A stretch of 30,328 bases of DNA from a virus (Duplodnaviria > Caudoviricetes): positions 1 to 30,328 of IMG/VR virus record IMGVR_UViG_3300032219_001928. One strand, written 5' to 3'. The notes below the pieces were generated by a model. It did no database searches. It saw nothing but the letters and a program-made list of their open reading frames with translations, and was not told where the DNA came from. This document shows positions 15,164 through 23,235 of the stretch, piece after piece (within the stretch, counting starts at the first letter, position 1; each line of letters begins with the position of its first letter). The position numbers were made by a program, and so were the translations under genes.

Positions 15164-16362
15164 TGTGCGTTCCTATTATCGAGCGTGCTTCACGCTACAT
15201 CGGCAAGATGGATGCGGCGGTGGCCGGATCCGGTGGCCATGATGCGACCTTCGCGGTGGCCTGTGCTCTCGTGCATGGCTTCGCCCTCGGGGAAGGGGAT
15301 GCGATGGCGCTGATGCAGGAGTTCAATGCCCGTTGCTCCCCACCCTGGTCGGAACGAGATCTGGCCTATAAGCTCCGCAGCGCGGCCAACTCTCACTCCT
15401 CAAAGGGGTCGGGCTATCTGCTGGGGAATGAGTCGAGGGTCGAGCGTCGAGGGTCGAGCGACTACAAGCCGATCCCGAAGCCAGAGCCGGTGGCTTTTGA
15501 CCCCCATGCCCTTGCGGCTCTTGCCGGGGAGTTCCGCCCCCGGCTGGATTGGTTTGCGGCTCGATCCTATGCCGACCCCTCTCTGCTCGATTCGTCGGGG
15601 TTCCTTTCTTTGCTCTATGCCGGGGAAAAGGTGCTGATCTTCTCAGATGACAAATCCCAAGGTCAGGCTCTCTGGCCAGAGGATCCGATCCCACCATGCG
15701 GCCCTCGAGGGATGTGGTATCTGGCCAACCCGGTCGATGGGAAGGAATACCCCAACCCTCGCACCGGAAAGCCATCCCGTCGCTCGGAGGAGTCGGTCAC
15801 CAAGTGGAAGTTTGCCCTGCTGGAGTCGGATGAGGCCGACCACCGCATCTGGCTCGGTGCCCTGGCGAAGACTACCTTGCCGATCGCGGCGATCTATTCC
15901 TCGGGAGGTCGCTCTGTCCATGCTCTGATCCGTGTGCCGGGCACAGGCAGCGGGATGTCGGCCCTCTCAGGCCCCCCCTCGAAGGCAGAGTGGGATGCCT
16001 GGGCACGCTCCAAAAAGGGTGATCTGGCTCGGATCGGAGCCGATCCCAAGGCGCTCACCGCCGTGAGGCTGACGCGCCTGCCGCAGCAGTACCGTGGCGA
16101 CAAGGGTGCGCTCCAGAAGCTTCTCTATGTGAATCCGTGGCCTCCCTTCGGTGAGCGGATCATGGATCGTGCTCCCGTCCGTGATGCCCTGCGCGATGCG
16201 GTCGATGCCGCCAAGCTTGCGATCCACTCGGAGGATGCCGACTCGATGCGCTCCTGCGCGGAGAGGCTGGAATTTTACGCGGCCTGTAACGGGAAATTCA
16301 CGGCGATGGCCGATGAGCTACGACGGGACGCACAGGCGATCACCGATCTCCACAAGCGGTAG
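15163..16362 (+). CDS. DNA primase (AEP / RepB'-like) with N-terminal PriCT-like helical domain
   Basis: GGHDATFAVACALV...FNARCSPPWS..L..KL domain, then LLESD, SSGGRSVHAL, D...RLTRLP catalytic motifs. Confidence 0.8.
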   Translation: MCVPIIERASRYIGKMDAAVAGSGGHDATFAVACALVHGFALGEGDAMALMQEFNARCSPPWSERDLAYKLRSAANSHSSKGSGYLLGNESRVERRGSSDYKPIPKPEPVAFDPHALAALAGEFRPRLDWFAARSYADPSLLDSSGFLSLLYAGEKVLIFSDDKSQGQALWPEDPIPPCGPRGMWYLANPVDGKEYPNPRTGKPSRRSEESVTKWKFALLESDEADHRIWLGALAKTTLPIAAIYSSGGRSVHALIRVPGTGSGMSALSGPPSKAEWDAWARSKKGDLARIGADPKALTAVRLTRLPQQYRGDKGALQKLLYVNPWPPFGERIMDRAPVRDALRDAVDAAKLAIHSEDADSMRSCAERLEFYAACNGKFTAMADELRRDAQAITDLHKR

Positions 16363-16440
16363 CGGTCGGCAGAAGGCTGAAGACTGAAGGCTGAAGGCTA
16401 AGAATAACCAAGATTTGACTGACTCAACGAACTCACGCAC

Positions 16441-16917
16441 ATGACTGAAGAACCTAAGAATGAATCCTCTCCCAAATCCCTCGATCTGCCGCATATCGAA
16501 CTCCCGAGGGTGGGGCGTATTCTGAGCGAATTTGCCCATGAGGTCGGTGAGGTGATGAGCCGCAACGGGGTCTTCCTCCAAGATGGGCTCCCCGTGGTGC
16601 TGGAGCCGAAGACTGACCGGATGCAGCCGCTCACTCCGGCCTGCTTCCGCACCTATGCCGAAAAGAATCTCCGTACGGTGAAGCTGGTCAAGATGCCGTG
16701 GAAGAAGGAGGACGGAAGCGATGCCTATGAGGCCCGGCCCGACTCGATGAACAAAATGCAGGCGGAGGCGTGCCTGACATCACACCAGTTTCTCACCTTG
16801 CAAAGGCCGCTGAGACGGATCTCTCGCATCCCGGTGCCGATCCTGCGCGGTGGTGAACTGACCCTGCAAGGCCCCGGCTATGACGCCGACACGAAGATCC
16901 TCGTGAAGGAGGCGTAG
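16441..16917 (+). CDS. N-terminal part of replicative helicase-type protein
   Basis: Ends PLRRISRIPVPILRGG.L...PGYDADTKIL, a segment I recall preceding the FPF/P-loop domain in single-chain homologues. Confidence 0.6.
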   Translation: MTEEPKNESSPKSLDLPHIELPRVGRILSEFAHEVGEVMSRNGVFLQDGLPVVLEPKTDRMQPLTPACFRTYAEKNLRTVKLVKMPWKKEDGSDAYEARPDSMNKMQAEACLTSHQFLTLQRPLRRISRIPVPILRGGELTLQGPGYDADTKILVKEA

Positions 16918-16922
16918 GCGTC

Positions 16923-17060
16923 ATGGATAACAAGAAGACCGCCGAGAACGGCAAGGGGGATGCGCCCAGGAATAATTTCTCGCATGAATACCGTCGCAAC
17001 TATGCGGCGATCAACTGGAAGAAGAAGGAACAGAAACCAAAACAAAACACGCACGAATGA
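16923..17060 (+). CDS. 45-aa basic protein (MDNKKTAENGKGDAPRNNFSHEYRRNYAAINWKKK...)
   Basis: Translated by hand; SD AAGGAGG; GKGD.PR...Y..NY..I.W pattern. Confidence 0.6.
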   Translation: MDNKKTAENGKGDAPRNNFSHEYRRNYAAINWKKKEQKPKQNTHE

Positions 17061-17224
17061 ACCAACCACAGACACCCGACAACGAGGTCGCAAGGCTCCG
17101 GGAGCAAATTGAAAAGCTACAGGATATAGCGAACCAAGCTTGCAATCTTCTCAACCTAAAAGGCGGGTATCATGAATCTTACCAACTCCGCGACGAGATC
17201 CAGAAGCTCAAGGAGGCCAAATGA
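17057..17224 (+). CDS. 55-aa coiled-coil protein (MNQPQTPDNEVARLREQIEK...)
   Basis: ATGA overlaps at both ends. Confidence 0.55.
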   Translation: MNQPQTPDNEVARLREQIEKLQDIANQACNLLNLKGGYHESYQLRDEIQKLKEAK

Positions 17225-18324
17225 CCTACGATCTGATGCCCAAGGAGGCCGCTGTCGATTACCTGGCCGATCTCCTTCACGAGTTCCCCTTTGCCGATGA
17301 TGGAGGCCGCTCTCTCTCCTGCCAGATCGCGGCGATGATGACGCGCTTTGCGGTCTCGCTCCTTCCTGAGCAGGCTCAGGTGCCGCTGACGATCTGGAAT
17401 GCCAACGGCCCTGCCGCCGGAAAGTCGCTGCTGGCGATGGTGGTGGAGATCCCTGTCAGGGGCTTCGCCGCGATGCGTGCGCTCCCCGAGGAACGCGAGG
17501 AGCTGCAAAAGGTGCTCGACTCGGAGGTGCTGGCGGGATCGGACTCGGTGATCTTCGACAATGTGAAGGACAAGCTGGACAGCGCCTATCTGGAGCAATT
17601 TGCCACGTCTTCGGTGGTTTCGGTGCGCCGCCTCGGATCCTCGGCCAAGTATGAGGTGGCAAAGCAGACGATGCTGATGTTCACCTCAAACCAGGCTGAG
17701 GTCTCCTCGGACATTGCCCGGAGGTCGATCTTCATCGATCTCTTCCAGAAGGAGGCCGACCCGCAGGCTCGCAAGATCGAGCGTCCGATGGGGGCCGAGT
17801 ATCTGGCGCGGCCCGAGGTGCGCTTTGCCATTCTCTCGGCTCTCTGGTCGCTCGTCGTGGCGTGGGATAAGGTCGGGCGTCCGGCCTGCTCGTCGCGGTT
17901 GGTGGGCTTCGAGGACTGGAGTCGGGTGATCGGGGGGATCGTGGAGAATGCGGGATTCGGAGATCCGCTGCGGAAGCCTGAGAGCGAGGACTTCGGTGAT
18001 CCCGATGCCGGTGATATGCGCGATCTGGTGAAGGCGATGGCCGAGGGGGTCTTCCAGGATGGCATTGAGTTCCAGTGCCGGGAAGGGATTACCTTCGATG
18101 ATGTGATCTGGATCTGCCGCAACTGGGGGCTCTTTGAGGAGATGATCAAGGGGAAGGTGGACCGGGAGACGCGGGAGTTTGAGATCTATCAGTCGAGCCG
18201 GGCGAAGATGTCGCGTTTGTTGGCACGCTATAATGGGCGGGTCTTCCGCTTCGGTGAGGAGCTGGGCACGATCAAGCTGGAGCGCGTGGGCGGGAAGAAT
18301 GAACGGAAGTGGCGCGTGAGTTGA
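17221..18324 (+). CDS. P-loop NTPase / SF3-like replicative helicase
   Basis: Walker A GPAAGKS, Walker B VIFDN, motif C FTSN, Arg finger DIARR. Confidence 0.8.
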   Translation: MTYDLMPKEAAVDYLADLLHEFPFADDGGRSLSCQIAAMMTRFAVSLLPEQAQVPLTIWNANGPAAGKSLLAMVVEIPVRGFAAMRALPEEREELQKVLDSEVLAGSDSVIFDNVKDKLDSAYLEQFATSSVVSVRRLGSSAKYEVAKQTMLMFTSNQAEVSSDIARRSIFIDLFQKEADPQARKIERPMGAEYLARPEVRFAILSALWSLVVAWDKVGRPACSSRLVGFEDWSRVIGGIVENAGFGDPLRKPESEDFGDPDAGDMRDLVKAMAEGVFQDGIEFQCREGITFDDVIWICRNWGLFEEMIKGKVDRETREFEIYQSSRAKMSRLLARYNGRVFRFGEELGTIKLERVGGKNERKWRVS

Positions 18325-18372
18325 CCTGATCAAGGAAGTTCCGGAAGGATCGCCCTGTGCAAGGTTCGCCTT

Positions 18373-18546
18373 ATGCACAGGGTTTTCCTTATTATGGCAC
18401 TCTTCCTGGTCGGATGTGCCTCCACTAAACTACAGCAAGATGCTGCGGTTCTTGCGGCATATTCAGCAGGACTTAGTGACGGCGCCTATCTTGCCACGCA
18501 CCCCTCACCGCACCGTCCCGCGCCCTGTGGTATCCCAAGGAACTGA
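18373..18546 (+). CDS. 57-aa lipoprotein (MHRVFLIMALFLVGCASTK...)
   Basis: Translated by hand; textbook signal peptide II with LVGC lipobox. Confidence 0.6.
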   Translation: MHRVFLIMALFLVGCASTKLQQDAAVLAAYSAGLSDGAYLATHPSPHRPAPCGIPRN

Positions 18547-18725
18547 GGACGGTGCACCGTCCCAAAGTTGCCAGTGGATTGAGTGAAAGGGCATGGGTAT
18601 TGATCGATCTCGGCATTTTAGGACGGTGACCGTCCTTTTTGGGACGCTACCTCCTCGCCACCTCCTTAGCATCCAAGTAGCTTACCAACAATCTTTTATA
18701 TTACCTCTTAAGGAGGTGAAGTAGT
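18547..18725. promoter_or_regulatory. Candidate replication origin / terminator cluster
   Basis: Palindromes GGACGGTGCACCGTCC (18547-18562) and AGGACGGT-G-ACCGTCCT followed by a T run (18620-18640); ACCTC repeats, AT-rich patch and TTACCTC-TTAAG-GAGGTGA inverted repeat; downstream of the helicase. Confidence 0.45.
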
Positions 18726-18906
18726 AAAATGCCTTCCCCGTGGTGGCGGGAGGATTTCATCTTCCAGTGTGACTGCCGGTGGAATCTTAGCCAAGCGTCC
18801 TGATGGCCCCGATAAGGAATCTTTTTGTTTTACAAATCAATCCTCGGAGTTGCCCGTCGCGATGTTTTTGAGCGTATAAGATCCAGACATTAGGGAAGTG
18901 ATCCAG

Positions 18907-18940
18907 TTCCTTCCGTTCCGCATCAATTCCGTTCCGTTCC
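18907..18940 (+). repeat. TTCC(G) x6 array upstream of terS
   Basis: TTCC TTCCG TTCCG catcaa TTCCG TTCCG TTCC. Confidence 0.7.
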
Positions 18941-18947
18941 TTTGACA
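18941..18947 (+). promoter_or_regulatory. TTTGACA late-gene motif, 13 nt before ATG 18961
   Basis: Repeated motif at the head of the packaging operon. Confidence 0.75.
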
Positions 18948-18960
18948 TTCCAAGGAACTC

Positions 18961-19563
18961 ATGCGGAAATCCCGTCACGAATCGGCCCTCATCGAGGAGT
19001 GCGCTCGCGCTCATTCCGTTTCCGTCCGTGCCGTGCGCAACTGGCGCAACCAGGACGATCCTCGCTGGCGTGATTTCCTACGTTCCCGGGCTCAGGATTC
19101 TCAGTTCTCATTCGCCCGTCCCGAAGCAAATGCCAAGCCGATGACCCCGGATGAGACGGAGCAGGCCGCTGCCGTCCGTCATGCACGTCTCTCGTTGCTC
19201 TGTGATCAGGCTGAGGCCCGGGGAGACATGAACTCCCTGCCGACTCTTCTGAAAGCCAGCATCGAGGCGCACAAACTTTGGACCCTTGTCTCTGAAAACA
19301 ACCTGAAACTTTCCACCGCAGCCGGTCGCCTCGTGGAGGTTTCCAAGGTGAGCGAGTTCATCCTTGGGAATATGGCAATGGCCAAGCAGCTCATGGAAAA
19401 CCTTCCCGATGTCCTTGCGGCCCGGATCGAGTCTTCGGTGGATGTCGGCGGGATTGTCAGGGAAGAGGTCTTTGCCATCCTGCGGGAGTTGGCGACCGCT
19501 TCGGCCTCAGCCCCTTGGAATACAAAACCTTCCCTAGATGTCGCCGTCCCTCCAGAGAATTGA
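18961..19563 (+). CDS. terS: Terminase small subunit (Nu1-like)
   Basis: N-terminal HTH (CARAHSVSVRAVRNWR), C-terminal GRLVEV...LPDVLAARI...IVREEV; directly upstream of TerL. Confidence 0.75.
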   Translation: MRKSRHESALIEECARAHSVSVRAVRNWRNQDDPRWRDFLRSRAQDSQFSFARPEANAKPMTPDETEQAAAVRHARLSLLCDQAEARGDMNSLPTLLKASIEAHKLWTLVSENNLKLSTAAGRLVEVSKVSEFILGNMAMAKQLMENLPDVLAARIESSVDVGGIVREEVFAILRELATASASAPWNTKPSLDVAVPPEN

Positions 19564-21271
19564 GAGTGATATGGCTTCCATGTGGGAGCCAAAAGAGCGA
19601 CCCGACCCCCTGACGTGGGCCGAGAGAGAGATCGTCATCGATCCGCGATTCTCGCCCCGCCCCGGGAGGTTTTCCTGTGATTTCACCCCCTACCTGCGTC
19701 AACTCCACTTGTGGTTTGGAGATCGGAGCATCCGGCAGATCACCTTTGTAAAGAGCGCCCAGATCGGCGGCACCACCCTCCTGGCCAATCTGATTCAGTA
19801 CGCCATCGCCGAGGATCCCGGCCCTATCCTCTACGTCACCTCCACGGCGGATAATGCCAAGAGCTGGAGCGAACGTGAACTCATGCCCCGCATCCGATCT
19901 TGCGCCGCGCTGCGTCCGTTGCTTCCTGATGATCCCGATCTGCTCAAGAAAACAGAGATGGCCTTCACCTCCTGCACGCTGGCCCTTCGAGGGTCAGGTT
20001 CGGTGAACCAGTTGGCGTCACGCGCGATCCGGTATCTCTTTGCCGATGAGACCGACAAATGGCCGGACGCCTCCGCGACCGAGGCACCGTCGCTGGAGCT
20101 TGCCTTGGCTAGGACGAATTTTTACCGGACAATCTGCAAGCGCGTCCTGGTCTCGACGCCGACGGTGGCGACGGGTGCCATCTACTCGCAGTTCATGGCA
20201 GGCAGCCAGCACCGCTACCATGTGAGTTGCCCGGCGTGCGGGTCTTGGCAGCATCTTCAGTTTGAGAACGTCCGCTGGTCGGCTGCGCTTCGCGGTTCGG
20301 ACGGGGCGTGGGATCTTGATGGGGTGGCAGATTCGGCGTGCTATCAGTGCGAGGAGTGCGGGGATCTCTGGTCTCAGGAAATGCAACGCCCGCTGGTCTC
20401 CGGTGGCCGGTGGATTGCTGGGAATCTCTTCGCTCCCCGGGATCACATCTCCTGCCATTTGAATGCCATGTATTCCCCGCAATCGACATGGGGAGAGCTG
20501 GCCAAGCTCTTCCTCCAGAAGCAATCGACCCCCGGCGGCCTGCATGATTTCTACAACACCTACCTCGGACTCCCATGGGAGGATCGCGCCACCACCATCA
20601 AGGATGACAGCCTGCTGGATCTTCGCGGTGGCTACCGCCAGCGCGAAATCCCACCGGAGGCGGTGATCGACGGACAGGCCCCGATGCTCACCATCTGCGC
20701 CGATCCTGGTGGGAAGCGGACACACTGGACCGTCGAGGCCCGCGTCATGTCGGGAGAGAGTTGGGTGATTGATTGGGGCGAGGTTTCGGAAATCGACGAA
20801 CTGGTGAGCGAGGATTTCTTGAAAGCCCGGGCGTACATGCTTCCTGATGGAGTGACCTCGGTGACGCCGATGGCCGGACTCATCGATTCGGGATTTTTCA
20901 CCGAGCGCGTCTACTCCGTCTGCGCCAGATCGAGCGGACTCTTCTACCCGAGCAAGGGAGGCGCCGCCACGTTCAAGCATTTCACCGCCAGCCCGCTTCC
21001 GGGAGTTGGCACCGTGCTTTATTCGTATTCCGACTTTGTGTGGAAGATGCACCTCTACGTTGACCGGATTCAGAAAAAGCTCCCCCCTCTGCTGCACTTC
21101 CCTGCGGACGCCTCGAGGGACTTCATCGCCGGACACAGCGGACAGGTCTTGGTCGAAAATAAGAACAACCGCACCACCCCCTTTGCGTTCAAGAGCCTGG
21201 AGAATGACCACTACGGAGACTGCACCAAGCTGCACTGCGTGGCGTGGGCGATCCTCAAGGAGAAGCTGTGA
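19538..21271 (+). CDS. terL: Terminase large subunit, lambda gpA family
   Basis: TPYLR, KSAQIGGT, LFADETDKWP, STPT, CPACG/CEECG Zn sites, FYNTYLGLPW, LIDSG, DHYGDC. Alternative start at 19570. Confidence 0.95.
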   Translation: MSPSLQRIESDMASMWEPKERPDPLTWAEREIVIDPRFSPRPGRFSCDFTPYLRQLHLWFGDRSIRQITFVKSAQIGGTTLLANLIQYAIAEDPGPILYVTSTADNAKSWSERELMPRIRSCAALRPLLPDDPDLLKKTEMAFTSCTLALRGSGSVNQLASRAIRYLFADETDKWPDASATEAPSLELALARTNFYRTICKRVLVSTPTVATGAIYSQFMAGSQHRYHVSCPACGSWQHLQFENVRWSAALRGSDGAWDLDGVADSACYQCEECGDLWSQEMQRPLVSGGRWIAGNLFAPRDHISCHLNAMYSPQSTWGELAKLFLQKQSTPGGLHDFYNTYLGLPWEDRATTIKDDSLLDLRGGYRQREIPPEAVIDGQAPMLTICADPGGKRTHWTVEARVMSGESWVIDWGEVSEIDELVSEDFLKARAYMLPDGVTSVTPMAGLIDSGFFTERVYSVCARSSGLFYPSKGGAATFKHFTASPLPGVGTVLYSYSDFVWKMHLYVDRIQKKLPPLLHFPADASRDFIAGHSGQVLVENKNNRTTPFAFKSLENDHYGDCTKLHCVAWAILKEKL

Positions 21272-21273
21272 CC

Positions 21274-21280
21274 TTTGACA
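21274..21280 (+). promoter_or_regulatory. TTTGACA late-gene motif, 13 nt before ATG 21294
   Basis: Repeated motif. Confidence 0.75.
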
Positions 21281-21293
21281 CCGGCGTGGAGGC

Positions 21294-21605
21294 ATGGCCC
21301 TCACGCCCGATCATCACAAGGTTTCAGGAATTAAGAGCTACCTCCGCTACAAGAGCATTGAGGAGCTTGCGGCCCTGAGTGACGCCATCGCCACCTCGGC
21401 TACTGAAGAGGTCACCATCACCGGCACTGCTGCCGAGGGAGGATCGGCGAATGGCGAAGTGGCATTTCCGAAGTGGCTCTACCTTGAGGCCGTCATGGAT
21501 GTCCGCAAAGAGAAGGGTGACTACCCGACAAACTCCGACGGCACGATCACAAGCCGCCAGCTTGGAACCCGTCCTGACTACTCACGGACCTGGGCGGTCA
21601 CCTAG
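21294..21605 (+). CDS. Head-tail joining protein (gpW position)
   Basis: 103 aa between TerL and portal, as lambda W. Confidence 0.6.
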   Translation: MALTPDHHKVSGIKSYLRYKSIEELAALSDAIATSATEEVTITGTAAEGGSANGEVAFPKWLYLEAVMDVRKEKGDYPTNSDGTITSRQLGTRPDYSRTWAVT

Positions 21606-21715
21606 TGTGATTTCTTTTTCTTGGTGACGACCGAGAAATCCCTGTGCCTCTCGACCTTTTCGGTGGCTTGATATGGCTCGCCCAGCAGGGAACCACTTTT
21701 GATTTCCGTTTGATT

Positions 21716-21722
21716 TTTGACA
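21716..21722 (+). promoter_or_regulatory. TTTGACA late-gene motif, 13 nt before ATG 21736
   Basis: Repeated motif, preceded by TTTGAT near-copies. Confidence 0.75.
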
Positions 21723-21735
21723 GAGGCCGCTCGGT

Positions 21736-23235
21736 ATGAGCGAACCGAAATCAAAGCGTGGCGGGACTCGTCCCGGTGCTGGACGGCCCAAGAAACAAAG
21801 TGACCTAGCGGCCTACGAGGCCAGCTACCGTTACAACCCACAGCGGATGTGGCTTTACAGTCCGACGCTCGACGCCAAGAAGGAACTCAGTGGCGGAGCA
21901 CGCGCCGAGATGCTCAAGAGGGCGTCGTGGCTCTATAACAACTCGGGATGGGCAGGCGGTGCCGTGGACAAGATTGCCCGACTCGTCGGCCCCCTCATCC
22001 CGCAGGCTCGCACGCTGGATGAAAAATGGAACCGCCAAGCCGAGCAGGCTTTCAGCGATGCCGCCCGCAACGCCGCCTTTGGTGTTGATGTCACCGGCAT
22101 GGTGAATTTTGATCAGGCCATCCCCCTGCTCGTGCGCCAGATGGCGATTGCCGGTGATGTGTTCTGGCAAAGGATGACCAGCAAGCAGGGTCGCGCCATG
22201 TTCCGTCTCGTCCCAGGGGAGAATGTCGGATCTCCGGTCGGCAAGGAGGATGAGGGATGGATTGACGGGGTAAGGGTGGATCAGAAGACGGGCCGCCCGA
22301 CCACCTACCGCGTGCTAAAGGCTCCGGCCTCCCAAGAGTTCACCGATGTCTCGGCGGATGACATCTCCCAGATCCGCCGCGCCTACCGGGTCGGCTACAC
22401 CCGCGCCCCGAGCTGGCTGGCCAGGGCGGCAAATACGCTCCAAGACATTGCCGAGTATCTGGCCTTTGAGAAGCAGTCGGCCAAAATCGGTGCCTCGATG
22501 GCCTTGGTCATCACATCGCCGGAGGCCGGGCAGATTGGTCTTGGTTCGTCGCTGGTGAAGGGACAGTCCACATCGAGCCAGCAGCCGATGACCGTGGATG
22601 CTCTGACCAACGGATCGATCCTGCCGCAACTCAAGCCGGGTGAGAAGATCGAGTCACTGGTGAACAACCACCCCTCGGGCAACATGCAGCAATTCCTTGC
22701 GACGCTGAAAGAGGAGATCGCCGTAGGTCTTGGATTTTCTAGCCAGTTCCTCTACGACAGCACGGAGGCCGGTGGTGCGAACCAACGATGGATTCTTGAG
22801 GAGGCCGCCGGGGCCATCGATGAGATCCGCGACATCATCACCCAGAGTTTCGCCGCGCCGTTTTGGAGGTTCTGGATCTGGCAGGAGATTTCCTCGGGTC
22901 GGCTCCCGATGCCGAATGACGGATCTGATTGGTGGAGGGTGGACTTCACGCCTCCGGCCCGCCTCTCGGTGGATTTCGGACGCGATGGTCGCCTGATGAG
23001 CGATCTGCTCCTCCGTGGCCAGATCAGCCCCCAGAGGTATTACGCACTGCAGGGCCTCGATGCCGACACTCAGGACGCCGACATCATTCGCTTCGCTGCC
23101 CGCCGAAAGAAACTTGTCCAGGAGATCGCCAAGGAGGAAGGGGTCGAGCTGACCACCTCGGAAGTTTTCCCTCCAGCTCCCGGCAGCCCCGTGGTGGCTC
23201 CGCAAGGTGATTTGACACCTCAAGCATCCGCATAA
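21736..23235 (+). CDS. Portal protein, lambda family
   Basis: RASWLYNNSG.A.GAVD, D.TG..NF, DGVRVD..GRPT.Y, LKPGEKI, IAVGLG motifs; basic RGGTRPGAGRPKK N-terminus. Confidence 0.9.
   Translation: MSEPKSKRGGTRPGAGRPKKQSDLAAYEASYRYNPQRMWLYSPTLDAKKELSGGARAEMLKRASWLYNNSGWAGGAVDKIARLVGPLIPQARTLDEKWNRQAEQAFSDAARNAAFGVDVTGMVNFDQAIPLLVRQMAIAGDVFWQRMTSKQGRAMFRLVPGENVGSPVGKEDEGWIDGVRVDQKTGRPTTYRVLKAPASQEFTDVSADDISQIRRAYRVGYTRAPSWLARAANTLQDIAEYLAFEKQSAKIGASMALVITSPEAGQIGLGSSLVKGQSTSSQQPMTVDALTNGSILPQLKPGEKIESLVNNHPSGNMQQFLATLKEEIAVGLGFSSQFLYDSTEAGGANQRWILEEAAGAIDEIRDIITQSFAAPFWRFWIWQEISSGRLPMPNDGSDWWRVDFTPPARLSVDFGRDGRLMSDLLLRGQISPQRYYALQGLDADTQDADIIRFAARRKKLVQEIAKEEGVELTTSEVFPPAPGSPVVAPQGDLTPQASA
23211..23217 (+). 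promoter_or_regulatory. TTTGACA late-gene motif, 17 nt before ATG 23235 (inside the portal CDS)
   Basis: Repeated motif embedded in coding sequence. Confidence 0.7.

Noticed and set aside
18787-19014. 75-aa - strand ORF upstream of terS
   Set aside because: Overlaps terS and the repeat array; no supporting signals.
20018-21304. 428-aa - strand ORF
   Set aside because: Antisense shadow of TerL.
21606-21715. 110-bp gap before the portal with a GATTTCT...AGAAATC inverted repeat as an ncRNA
   Set aside because: Short imperfect stem only; no recognisable RNA family can be supported by eye.
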